From: a virus
Lineage: Duplodnaviria; Heunggongvirae; Uroviricota; Caudoviricetes
DNA: 24,228 nt
IMG/VR virus record: IMGVR_UViG_2541047889_000005
Location: 1-24,228 of that record
Reading direction: 5' to 3' (one strand)
Shown piece by piece: positions 16,433-24,228 of this stretch. The stretch's first letter is position 1, and each line of letters starts with the position of its first letter. The position numbers and the translations under genes were made by a program. The notes below the pieces were generated by a model. The model worked only from the letters and a program-made list of their open reading frames with translations. It did not search any database and was not told where the DNA came from.

Positions 16433-18847
16433 TTAATACAGGTTTCGCCACTTATCATCTTCCTGCAAACGCTGGTTCCGATAGAAGATACGCAGGCCTG
16501 CTCCTGACGGAATACTGCCGCCGCGAAGGAGTAAATCGACCTCTTTCTCGCTACCATCAAATCCTCTGGACTTCAGCTCATAGACTAGCTGCAGTCGCTG
16601 ATGGTCTGTAATTCGCTGTTTGTAGTCTTTACGCCGTTTCGGTTTAACCAGGCGTAACCTTGCTGCCAGTTCCCGGCGCTCTTTTTTGCTCATACTGTGC
16701 AGGTAATCGTGCAACTGCTTGTCATCCATGCGGGTAATGTCCGTTCTGGTGCCCCCATCAGCTGATTTATCTTTCTCCTGTTGGTTCAAATTTTCAGCAA
16801 GGGGACAGTTATTGCCACGAGTCCAAGGGGCGCAAGCGCCCTGGTCGGCTGCCGCCTCCTGAATGTCAACGGCCTTACGAACCATTTTCCACTTCACCGC
16901 ATGAGTGCAGATCTTGCCCTCTGCAATGGGTGACCAGATGCCATAAATACGAATACCGTGATCGCCATAGGCGGTCGGCTCTTCGTTGATTTCATAAGCG
17001 GTTCTGATGAGGTGATATTTGCGGGGAACCAGTACGCCGCCCTGCTTCATGATGTAGGTGGCAAAACAGCCAGCATCAGCGGCAGCCAGGATGGCATCAA
17101 GGCGCGGGTTATCCAGTACCGGCGCACCTGCTTTTTTGTCCCCCTGTTGCCTTGCCGCCTGACCAGCCAGCAATCGCAGTTCACGGTAAGCCTGACGCCC
17201 CGGAATGCCAAAGAAGCGGAATTGCTGAACACGATGCAGAGACGCCCAGGCATTAACGTATTCGGCGTTATCACGCAGGGATTTACCCGTTTCCTTGCTG
17301 ATCTCGCCAGCCAGACCACGCCCGTCAATGTTCTTACTGATGTATTTCGCGATGTAGCTTGTTGGCGTACCTTTGCGCGGGTTTATCAGCTCAGACTTAA
17401 AGCGTGGTTCCGTGTTATTACCCAGCTCCTCGCGGTCTTCACGAATGGCAAACTTACGCAACAAAGCAGTAATGGCGCGGCGATCTTTTTTGCGCATAAA
17501 ACACAACAGGTGCCAGTGAACTGTACCGTCATGATGCGGCTCAGCCACCCGCACGCCATACCAGCGTAATCCGGCTTTGTGCATCGCCTTACGAAATGCA
17601 GCAAACATACCGACCAGATAATCACTGCTTTGTCTTACCGTCGCATTTGTCCAGGTCGGGTTGGGCCTGCCGTTATTTAGCGTGGAATGGAAACGTGACG
17701 GACAGGTGATGGTGTAGAAAACGGCGCAGTCACCGCGCATTTCCGCGATAAGCTCCAGACCTTTAACACAGGCCATCATCTCATTGCGGCGATGCGCAGG
17801 GTTGCTGCTGCTGGCGTTTACCACGTCTTCCATATCCAGCGTGTCGCCGTCTTCGTTCACCAGTTCATGAGAACGGAAAAACTCCAGCGACTTACGGCGC
17901 TGCTCACGTTTATGCATCACGGCTTCATAGCTGACATAGGGAGATGCTTTTTTGCTGACCAGGCAAACAGCACGCAACTGCTCTTCCCGCCATTCGCAAC
18001 GCATCTTCCATAATTTCCGATACCACCAGTCGGCGCATAACATACGCGCCAGCGAACCCGGAATGAGTTCATAAGGCACGGGTTTACGGCGGTTTCTTTT
18101 CCGACGGAGTTGCTCAAACGCAGGCGGGATAACATCCAGACGCAGGGTTTCCGCTGCCACCTTTTCCCATGTCTTGCGGATTTCTTCTGGCGTAACATCA
18201 TCGGTGGCATACAAATCGCCACAAGCTGTATCAAGGCACATGCTCATATGCGCAGCTACCAAGGTGGACAGGCGTTTCACCTGATCCTGACTCATTTCAG
18301 GCAGGATCAGCAGGCCGTCCAGCCCTTCATGGCTTGCCATAAAGCGAAAAGAAGTGGATAGCTGACTGTCGCGTACATGCTCCAGTCGTTCCAAGCATGG
18401 CTTAATCGTCTCACGCAAATAGCGGGAATAAGCCTTTGGCCTGCCCAGGCTGCTGAAGTATTTAATACGTTGCATCAGCGGCTTGCTGATATGGGAAGGC
18501 TGGGCGTTGACGTCCGCCAGAATGGCCATGTCTGGATTAAAACGCTGCTGCTCATGCGCCAGCTTTGCCCGGCTAATTAGCTTATCCTGCTCCATTTCGC
18601 GTTGGACAGGATCACGGGATTCATTAAAGAAATAACGCTCCCAGACCTGATCACTCAGTGCCTCGCGGCGCAGTTGTTCCTGCTCGTTATCGGCAGCGTA
18701 CAGAGTGATCAGGTTTGAAAGCGCAGAAACCGGCGCAACTTCCGCCGGGTCCAGATAAGGGTTAATGGCCTTTTTCGGGCTGTTCCATGAGAATGCTGCG
18801 GCGACCTCGTTAAAGCCGCTGCAGTTGTTCATATCAGCATGGCTCAT
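16433..18847 (-). CDS. A: Replication initiation protein gpA (rolling-circle endonuclease)
   Basis: ORF 16433..18874; probable ATG at 18847 overlapping the dam stop (ATGA); about 800 aa as in P2/186 gpA. Confidence 0.8.
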   Translation of the reverse strand: MSHADMNNCSGFNEVAAAFSWNSPKKAINPYLDPAEVAPVSALSNLITLYAADNEQEQLRREALSDQVWERYFFNESRDPVQREMEQDKLISRAKLAHEQQRFNPDMAILADVNAQPSHISKPLMQRIKYFSSLGRPKAYSRYLRETIKPCLERLEHVRDSQLSTSFRFMASHEGLDGLLILPEMSQDQVKRLSTLVAAHMSMCLDTACGDLYATDDVTPEEIRKTWEKVAAETLRLDVIPPAFEQLRRKRNRRKPVPYELIPGSLARMLCADWWYRKLWKMRCEWREEQLRAVCLVSKKASPYVSYEAVMHKREQRRKSLEFFRSHELVNEDGDTLDMEDVVNASSSNPAHRRNEMMACVKGLELIAEMRGDCAVFYTITCPSRFHSTLNNGRPNPTWTNATVRQSSDYLVGMFAAFRKAMHKAGLRWYGVRVAEPHHDGTVHWHLLCFMRKKDRRAITALLRKFAIREDREELGNNTEPRFKSELINPRKGTPTSYIAKYISKNIDGRGLAGEISKETGKSLRDNAEYVNAWASLHRVQQFRFFGIPGRQAYRELRLLAGQAARQQGDKKAGAPVLDNPRLDAILAAADAGCFATYIMKQGGVLVPRKYHLIRTAYEINEEPTAYGDHGIRIYGIWSPIAEGKICTHAVKWKMVRKAVDIQEAAADQGACAPWTRGNNCPLAENLNQQEKDKSADGGTRTDITRMDDKQLHDYLHSMSKKERRELAARLRLVKPKRRKDYKQRITDHQRLQLVYELKSRGFDGSEKEVDLLLRGGSIPSGAGLRIFYRNQRLQEDDKWRNLY

Positions 18848-19701
18848 GCACGCACTCCGTACACGACGGAACAATCCACGCCACGCGAAGGATCAAATCC
18901 TACCCAGCAGCGCGGCCCGGAAACAGCGATGATTTCTGTTGCAGATTTACTCTCACCAGCTGCCACGCCGATGCTGCGTTTTGCCTTGATGTAGTGGTGA
19001 GTAAAATTGCGATACAGCGAACGGATCAGGGGTGTGTCACTGTTAGAAACAATGACCGGATGACCTTCAGATGATCGATGTTCAAGAACGGATGCCAGGT
19101 GATACTGGTCATCTTCAGTGAAGCCATCAGTGTGATAGCCGGAAAACGTACCGTCATAAGGCGGATCGCAATACACCACATCCCCCGCCTTCAACATCGC
19201 CAGCGTTTCATCAAAGCTGGCGCAGATAAACGTTGCCCGCTGGGCTTTCTCTGCAAATGCGCGAATTTCTTTTTCAGGGAAATACGGATTTTTATAATTA
19301 CCGTAGGGAATGTTGAAATACCCGCTCTTGTTATAGCGACATAGCCCACGGTAACCATGACGATTGAGATACAGAAAATATACCGCTTTCATGAAATCAG
19401 TAATTTCAGTGGAGTAATTAAACTCCTGCCTTATGTTGTAATAAGCCACCTCTCTGTTTGCTTCCTCAAATAAAGCTCTGGCACGAGATATAAACGCCTC
19501 ACAATCAGCAGCAACCTTTTTATAGAGGTTGATTAAATCAGGATTAATATCCGCAACCAGATAGCTGGGGTAATCCGTCTCCATCATCACAGCACAAGAA
19601 CCCGCGAAAGGTTCAACCAGTCGCGTGCCAGCAGGAAGGTATTTTTTCAGTTCGGACATAATGGTGGTTTTATTACCCGCCCATTTCAGGATGGTGCTCA
19701 T
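18844..19701 (-). CDS. dam: DNA adenine methyltransferase (Dam-like, D12 class N6-adenine MTase)
   Basis: ORF 18844..19773; ATG at 19701 with AGGAGG RBS; motifs [16 protein letters not shown] and catalytic DPPY (VYCDPPYDG). Confidence 0.85.
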   Translation of the reverse strand: MSTILKWAGNKTTIMSELKKYLPAGTRLVEPFAGSCAVMMETDYPSYLVADINPDLINLYKKVAADCEAFISRARALFEEANREVAYYNIRQEFNYSTEITDFMKAVYFLYLNRHGYRGLCRYNKSGYFNIPYGNYKNPYFPEKEIRAFAEKAQRATFICASFDETLAMLKAGDVVYCDPPYDGTFSGYHTDGFTEDDQYHLASVLEHRSSEGHPVIVSNSDTPLIRSLYRNFTHHYIKAKRSIGVAAGESKSATEIIAVSGPRCWVGFDPSRGVDCSVVYGVRA

Positions 19702-20000
19702 ACAGCACCTCCTGCAATAACATATCCTAAAGCTTCTAATGGGGTTAATGAGCGAATTGATAGCATCACCCATTGTTCTGAAACTGCCATGACGTCATTA
19801 ACCGGAAGCACATGAGAGATAACCGCGGCCCATTCCCTACCCGTAAATACGCCATGCTTCCATTCGCAAAGAGAAAGAACATCACCAACTTTATAGCCAC
19901 GATCGTCTTTACGAAGTTCAGCCGTCTTTTGACCTGCAACCACAGCGTTGAAATACTTAGGTGCAATTTTTAATTGATGGATACGCACAGCCCCTGTCAT
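19698..20000 (-). CDS. Hypothetical phage protein (about 100 aa; possible ASCH/PUA-like fold)
   Basis: ORF 19698..20060; ATG at 20000 with GGAGG RBS; [42 protein letters not shown]; fold assignment is my guess only. Confidence 0.5.
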   Translation of the reverse strand: MTGAVRIHQLKIAPKYFNAVVAGQKTAELRKDDRGYKVGDVLSLCEWKHGVFTGREWAAVISHVLPVNDVMAVSEQWVMLSIRSLTPLEALGYVIAGGAV

Positions 20001-20224
20001 ACAGCACCTCCGTTGTAATGTTTGCCTTTCAGCTCTGCGATTTCCTGACAGGTAATGCAAAGCTGCACTCCTGGAATGGCGCGGCGGCGTGCTGGCGGAA
20101 TTGGCGCTTCACATTCAATGCAAAGCACGCGAGACACGCCCGGTGTTTTGGCACGGGCAGCACGGATATGGCGCTGGCGTTCTTCTTCAACGCGCTGCTG
20201 TACGAGATCCATTGCATCAGCCAT
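19997..20224 (-). CDS. TraR/DksA-family C4 zinc-finger protein
   Basis: 75 aa; CIEC-x17-CITC (C-x2-C-x17-C-x2-C) typical of phage/plasmid TraR-DksA proteins. Confidence 0.75.
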   Translation of the reverse strand: MADAMDLVQQRVEEERQRHIRAARAKTPGVSRVLCIECEAPIPPARRRAIPGVQLCITCQEIAELKGKHYNGGAV

Positions 20225-20457
20225 TAGTGGATCTCCTGCGCTTCGTTCTGGATTGCTTCAGCGGTCACACGCAGCAGTTCTGCCGCTTCGACGTGGTTTA
20301 GCTGGCGGGATGTGATATGACACGCAAGCCTATCAAGGCGGGCAGCCATTGCTTCAGCCCTTGCCCGGCGTTCTTCCAGACGAGCCTCTGTCAGTAAAAT
20401 ATTAAGCCCTGCGTCATCCGGTCCGGTTTTAGTCGTGAGGGTTTCAATATTACGCAT
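20224..20457 (-). CDS. Hypothetical early protein
   Basis: ORF 20224..20463; ATG at 20457 with AGGAGA RBS; 77 aa. Confidence 0.5.
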   Translation of the reverse strand: MRNIETLTTKTGPDDAGLNILLTEARLEERRARAEAMAARLDRLACHITSRQLNHVEAAELLRVTAEAIQNEAQEIH

Positions 20458-20524
20458 AATCAATTCTCCTGAATTTAGATAAAGGGATGCCCGGCGGGTT
20501 TACGCCATTAATTTCATTAGCTGG

Positions 20525-20866
20525 TTAATTCGGCATGGTTAGCCGTCTGGGAAATAAGCTCACCACTGCACGAAAATGATTCATTGCTTTAATCAACTCC
20601 CGCTTTTCGTCAGTGGTCAGCTCATTAATGCTGATGCTATGACGTTCAGCTGGAATTTTTGCCATAAAGAATATGGCAGCCAGTGCCCGTTTATTTTGTT
20701 CGCTATTGATATCCCGTGGATCACGCATATCTTTAATAAACCGCTCAAGCTCTGACTCAATATTCAGGCCAAAAACTTTCGCCCTTAACTCCGCAATGTG
20801 ATTAAGTCCATTCAGGCGTTCACCGGGGCTTAATGGAACAGTTGCCGCAGCGCCATTAATTGCCAT
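20525..20866 (-). CDS. Hypothetical early protein (113 aa)
   Basis: ATG-initiated ORF in the early operon between cII and A. Confidence 0.5.
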   Translation of the reverse strand: MAINGAAATVPLSPGERLNGLNHIAELRAKVFGLNIESELERFIKDMRDPRDINSEQNKRALAAIFFMAKIPAERHSISINELTTDEKRELIKAMNHFRAVVSLFPRRLTMPN

Positions 20867-20888
20867 AATTCATATCCCCAAAACGCAA

Positions 20889-21113
20889 CTATCGTTCTTT
20901 GTTCTTACGGTAACGTTCAAGAGGAGATACATTTTTTCGTATCGTCTCTTTAACCTGCTCTCCCCGTAAAAACGTCCCATCCTTTAGCGTGAAAAAGTAA
21001 CTGCCATCGCCCGACAACGACGGATAACAACAGAGCAAATCATCTTCAGGTACTGAATAACTCTCCCCTCTGTAACGAAACTGATAAACCACTTCACTTT
21101 CCGCTGCATACAT
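20889..21113 (-). CDS. Hypothetical small early protein (74 aa)
   Basis: ATG with GGAGAAAG RBS; overlaps another frame (20984..21280). Confidence 0.45.
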   Translation of the reverse strand: MYAAESEVVYQFRYRGESYSVPEDDLLCCYPSLSGDGSYFFTLKDGTFLRGEQVKETIRKNVSPLERYRKNKER

Positions 21114-21280
21114 TTTGACTTTCTCCGTTTCCCCGTGGTCAATTCAGACAGCAATTCATCTTGTGAACGGCACGGATGCCAGCGTTTACCATCCTCACCC
21201 ATGATCCAGCCGTGACCGTAGTGCATTGCCGGGCTTTGTTTTACCAGCAGCGATGCAAATGATGGTTCTTTCGTCAGCAT
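20984..21280 (-). CDS. Hypothetical small early protein immediately downstream of cII (possible fil/dhr-class gene); 3' half may be non-coding read-through
   Basis: ATG at 21280 with GAGGTG RBS overlapping the cII stop; the first ~50 aa look protein-like, the Arg/Lys-rich remainder overlaps the RBS and 5' end of the 74-aa gene. Confidence 0.35.
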   Translation of the reverse strand: MLTKEPSFASLLVKQSPAMHYGHGWIMGEDGKRWHPCRSQDELLSELTTGKRRKSKCMQRKVKWFISFVTEGRVIQYLKMICSVVIRRCRAMAVTFSR

Positions 21281-21287
21281 AAGCACC

Positions 21288-21797
21288 TCACAGCAAACCG
21301 AATGAAGCACCGAGGCCAGTCACGGTATCAACTGCACTCGCCATCGCAGGATTAGCCTGTAAACGGGCCTGCAATGAAACAGCCGCCAGCGCCATCAGTC
21401 GTGTTACAGAGTTAATGCTGCTGATAGCATCACGACGACCTGCACTGGTTTTTACATCGCCAGATACCGCACCTGCAGCAACACGCCCGATCTCTGCGGT
21501 TGCACTCATGACGTAATGTGGCAGTTTCTCTTTTGCTACCTCATTAATCGGTACACATGGCAGACAATGAATCTGTGCCAGAAAACCATCTACCAACGTT
21601 GAATCTTCAGTCAGATCGGTAAGCAGCCAGATTTCTGGTGCGGTTAATAAATGAGGTTGAGCTGGGTTCAGCTTGTTCCGCAGAATCTGCACATTCATGC
21701 CCGCACGTTCTGCCAGTTGCACCAGATTGTGGCGCAGTGCGAATGCACGACAGGCTTCATCAAAATGTGGATGTTTGGAAACTTGGTAATCAAACAT
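21288..21797 (-). CDS. cII: CII-like lysogeny-establishment transcriptional activator (coliphage 186 type)
   Basis: ORF 21288..21806; ATG at 21797 gives a 169-aa protein [45 protein letters not shown]... with an HTH; resembles 186 CII as I recall it. Confidence 0.7.
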   Translation of the reverse strand: MFDYQVSKHPHFDEACRAFALRHNLVQLAERAGMNVQILRNKLNPAQPHLLTAPEIWLLTDLTEDSTLVDGFLAQIHCLPCVPINEVAKEKLPHYVMSATAEIGRVAAGAVSGDVKTSAGRRDAISSINSVTRLMALAAVSLQARLQANPAMASAVDTVTGLGASFGLL

Positions 21798-21861
21798 GGT
21801 TTTCAACTCCGAACTTATCGCAAAATCGAACTCAGCGTCTTATTGCGAAAATAGACGTCTA

Positions 21862-22065
21862 TTAAGCAGACAAAGCATCAACAGTCAGAGCAGCCAGGTT
21901 AATCATTACCTTTTCACGTTTTTTGTCTTTACGAAGACGATGACGAGGTAGTCGGCCATCAGCCAACATGTCGTTAATCGTATCAATAGAAAGGCCAGTC
22001 AGTTCGCTATAACGTTCGATTGTGACATGTGGTGTATTCAGAGTAATTGAAATGTTAGGTGTCAT
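21862..22065 (-). CDS. apl: Apl/Cox-like excisionase and switch regulator (small HTH protein)
   Basis: 67 aa; [27 protein letters not shown]; first gene of the lytic operon, divergent from cI. Confidence 0.65.
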   Translation of the reverse strand: MTPNISITLNTPHVTIERYSELTGLSIDTINDMLADGRLPRHRLRKDKKREKVMINLAALTVDALSA

Positions 22066-22210
22066 AAGGCAACATTCCTTCTAGATATGGCTTGTGGCGA
22101 GCCGTTGTTTGTCGTGATTAGTAGTGAAGGCTCCAAAAGAACACTTCTGGTTCAACTTTAAGATCGCTTTTGGAATCTGTCAACGAATTTTGGATTTCTT
22201 TGGAGGACTT
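22066..22210. promoter_or_regulatory. Lysis-lysogeny switch region (face-to-face lytic and lysogenic promoters and operators)
   Basis: About 145-bp AT-rich divergent intergenic region between apl (minus) and cI (plus), as in 186 pR/pL; individual promoters and operators not resolved. Confidence 0.45.
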
Positions 22211-22780
22211 GTGGATTTCAATAGCGGCGGTAAGAAAGCCATAGAACGTTTAGTTGAAGCATATGGGTTCGGTACTCGTCAGGCTCTCTGTGATCATTTA
22301 GGTGTTTCTAAGAGCACCATGGCAACGCGCTATATGCGTGATATTTTTCCAGCAGATTGGGTAATCCAGTGCGCCCTTGAAACGGGCACCTCGCTTAATT
22401 GGCTAACAACAGGGCATGGTTCAAAGCAAGCATCAGCAAATACAAATACTATAGAAGTAGAAAAATATTTATTGTCTGATGGAGCATTGCAGAAAGACGG
22501 TTTTTATATTTTTGATAAGGGATTTCTACCCTCTACGTTTAAAAAACCTTTTGTCATCACAGATAACAATTCTGAATTTATTTGTGATAAAGAATTTGAT
22601 GATATACGTGATGGTAAATGGGTAATAAGTATTGATGGCGAAATAACGATCCGTGACATTACTCGTTTACCCGGTGGAAGAATCTTCGTCGAGGGTGGAA
22701 ACAGAGTCTTCGAATGCAAGATAGAAGACATTGAAATAATTGGTAAAATTATAAGTTTAACAGTCAAGTATGTTAAATAG
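22211..22780 (+). CDS. cI: Immunity repressor CI (186 type)
   Basis: ORF 22124..22780; probable GTG start at 22211 after a GGAGGA RBS gives about 189 aa; N-terminal HTH (LGVSKSTMATRYMRD...LNWLTTGHG) and a C-terminal domain. Confidence 0.7.
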   Translation: MDFNSGGKKAIERLVEAYGFGTRQALCDHLGVSKSTMATRYMRDIFPADWVIQCALETGTSLNWLTTGHGSKQASANTNTIEVEKYLLSDGALQKDGFYIFDKGFLPSTFKKPFVITDNNSEFICDKEFDDIRDGKWVISIDGEITIRDITRLPGGRIFVEGGNRVFECKIEDIEIIGKIISLTVKYVK

Positions 22781-22795
22781 TACCGGGAGGAAACT

Positions 22796-22987
22796 ATGCT
22801 TGGTAAGGTATTTTTTGTGGTTTTGTCATGTTCTTTGTTATTAAACCCACTAACTACCTATGCTAGAAATTATCCCTGCTCAGGGAAAAAGGGAGGTGTT
22901 TCTCACTGTACCTCAGATGGCAAATTCGTTTGCAATGATGGAACTATTAGTAAATCCAAAAAAATCTGTACTAAAAACTCACGATAA
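22796..22987 (+). CDS. Small secreted cysteine-rich protein (63 aa) between cI and int
   Basis: Strong GGAGG RBS; N-terminal signal peptide [23 protein letters not shown]; four Cys in the mature part; AT-rich. Confidence 0.6.
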   Translation: MLGKVFFVVLSCSLLLNPLTTYARNYPCSGKKGGVSHCTSDGKFVCNDGTISKSKKICTKNSR

Positions 22988-23175
22988 TTTTTGTTTTTAT
23001 ATCTGCGTCTAAAATAAAAATGAGCCGCAGGTTAACCGCAAAAGTTACATGCTCACATAGCAAAAAGAATAGCCAACTTCATTATGGCTTCAGTGAGATG
23101 TATGGTCGTAGGATTTCATACATTGACACTGGTTATATATACAGTAAAAATGCTCTCTACTGGAGGGCATTTTTT

Positions 23176-24228
23176 ATGGCAGTACGAAAACTCACCACAG
23201 GGAAATGGCTTTGCGAATGTTACCCCGCCGGACGAAGTGGGCGTCGTGTGCGTAAACAATTCGCCACCAAAGGCGAAGCTCTGGCTTTTGAGCGTCACAC
23301 GATGGAAGAAACCGAATCAAAGCCCTGGCTGGGCGAATCAGTGGATCGTCGAACCCTGAAAGACGTGGTTGAGCTATGGTTCAAACTACATGGTAAATCT
23401 CTGACTGCTGGACAGCATGTCTATGACAAATTGCTGCTGATGGTTGACGCTCTAGGCAATCCTCTTGCAACCGATCTCACCTCTAAAATGTTTGCCCACT
23501 ATCGAGATAAACGCCTTACTGGTGAAATCTACTTCAGTGAAAAATGGAAGAAAGGAGCAAGCCCAGTTACTGTTAACCTGGAGCAAAGCCATCTAAGCAG
23601 CGTTTTCAGAGAACTTTCCCGCCTGGGTGAATGGACACTTCCAAACCCATTAGAGAAGATGCGCAAATTCACTATCGCAGAAAAGGAAATGGCATGGCTT
23701 ACACATGAGCAGATCATCGAATTACTGTCTGACTGCAAACGTCAGAACCCAATTCTGGCACTGGTGGTAAAAATATGTCTAAGTACAGGCGCACGTTGGC
23801 GAGAAGCAATCAATCTTACCCGCTCACAGGTCACCAAGTACCGAATCACCTTTGTGAGAACGAAGGGGAAGAAAAACAGAAGCATCCCTATCAGTAAAGA
23901 GCTTTACGAAGAGATCATGGCGCTTGATGGGTTCAATTTCTTCACAGACTGCTATTTTCAATTTTTATCCGTGATGGAAAAAACGTCTATCGTGCTCCCT
24001 CGCGGTCAACTCACACACGTTCTGCGCCATACGTTTGCGGCGCACTTCATGATGTCGGGTGGAAACATTCTGGCCTTACAAAAAATTCTCGGACACCACG
24101 ATATAAAAATGACTATGCGTTACGCACATCTGGCACCGGATCATCTGGAAACGGCGCTCCGTTTCAATCCTCTGGCAACGCTGCCAAGTGGCGACAAAGT
24201 GGCGGCAGCGGTTGGCATTACCCCGTAA
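23176..24228 (+). CDS. int: Tyrosine integrase (P2 family)
   Basis: ORF 23020..24228; ATG at 23176 after a GGAGGG RBS (MAVRKLTTGKWLCECYPAGRSGRRV...); C-terminal catalytic region ...HVLRHTFAAHFMMSGGNILALQKILGHHDIKMTMRYAHL (R-H-R-Y type); stop at the window's right edge. Confidence 0.85.
   Translation: MAVRKLTTGKWLCECYPAGRSGRRVRKQFATKGEALAFERHTMEETESKPWLGESVDRRTLKDVVELWFKLHGKSLTAGQHVYDKLLLMVDALGNPLATDLTSKMFAHYRDKRLTGEIYFSEKWKKGASPVTVNLEQSHLSSVFRELSRLGEWTLPNPLEKMRKFTIAEKEMAWLTHEQIIELLSDCKRQNPILALVVKICLSTGARWREAINLTRSQVTKYRITFVRTKGKKNRSIPISKELYEEIMALDGFNFFTDCYFQFLSVMEKTSIVLPRGQLTHVLRHTFAAHFMMSGGNILALQKILGHHDIKMTMRYAHLAPDHLETALRFNPLATLPSGDKVAAAVGITP

Larger units (their letters stand above)
1..24228. 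mobile_element. Segment of a P2/186-family temperate phage genome (probable prophage); both ends of the element lie outside the window
   Basis: Canonical P2/186 synteny: H-I-J-W-V, S-R-lysC/lysB-lysA-K-Y-X-L-M-N-O on the minus strand, divergent P-Q on plus, then cos-like site, A, cII-apl versus cI, int. Translations match these families by motif and length. Confidence 0.9.

Noticed and set aside
16958-18580. Plus-strand ORFs inside replication gene A (e.g. 16958..17569, 18110..18361, 18377..18580)
   Set aside because: Antisense to the 800-aa A ORF, with Arg/Cys-rich translations; no support as genes.
22124-22210. Upstream GTG start for cI giving a 218-aa protein
   Set aside because: The extension would run through the switch region; the GTG at 22211 has a GGAGGA RBS and gives a length close to 186 CI. 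Not excluded.
1-24228. CRISPR arrays, tRNA/rRNA genes, insertion sequences
   Set aside because: No regularly spaced direct repeats, no tRNA-like cloverleaf candidates and no transposase-like ORFs were seen; the attachment site and any tRNA target must lie beyond the right edge past int.

Overview
The whole window lies inside a P2/186-family temperate phage genome, most likely an integrated prophage in an enterobacterial host. From left to right it holds the tail-fibre and baseplate genes (H partial, I, J, W, V), the tail-completion and lysis cassette (S, R, lysC/lysB spanins, lysA, SAR-type endolysin, holin, X), the head module (L, M, N, O), the divergent terminase/portal pair (P, Q), a cos-like site, an SOS-type DinI-like operon with a LexA box, replication gene A, a Dam methylase and small early genes, a 186-type cII/apl versus cI lysogeny switch, and the integrase. 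Four visibly A+T-rich cargo insertions interrupt this conserved backbone. The strongest candidates for an undescribed or defence-type system are (1) a RelA/SpoT-fold (toxSAS/CapRel-like) gene between the portal gene and cos, (2) a two-gene cassette of a 71-aa protein coupled to a 3-TM membrane protein between the SOS operon and cos, and (3) a 288-aa protein of unknown function on the opposite strand between tail genes S and V. A fourth insertion is a small secreted cysteine-rich protein between cI and int. All calls rest on reading the supplied translations and sequence by eye; no database search was run, and every family assignment needs HMM/BLAST confirmation.
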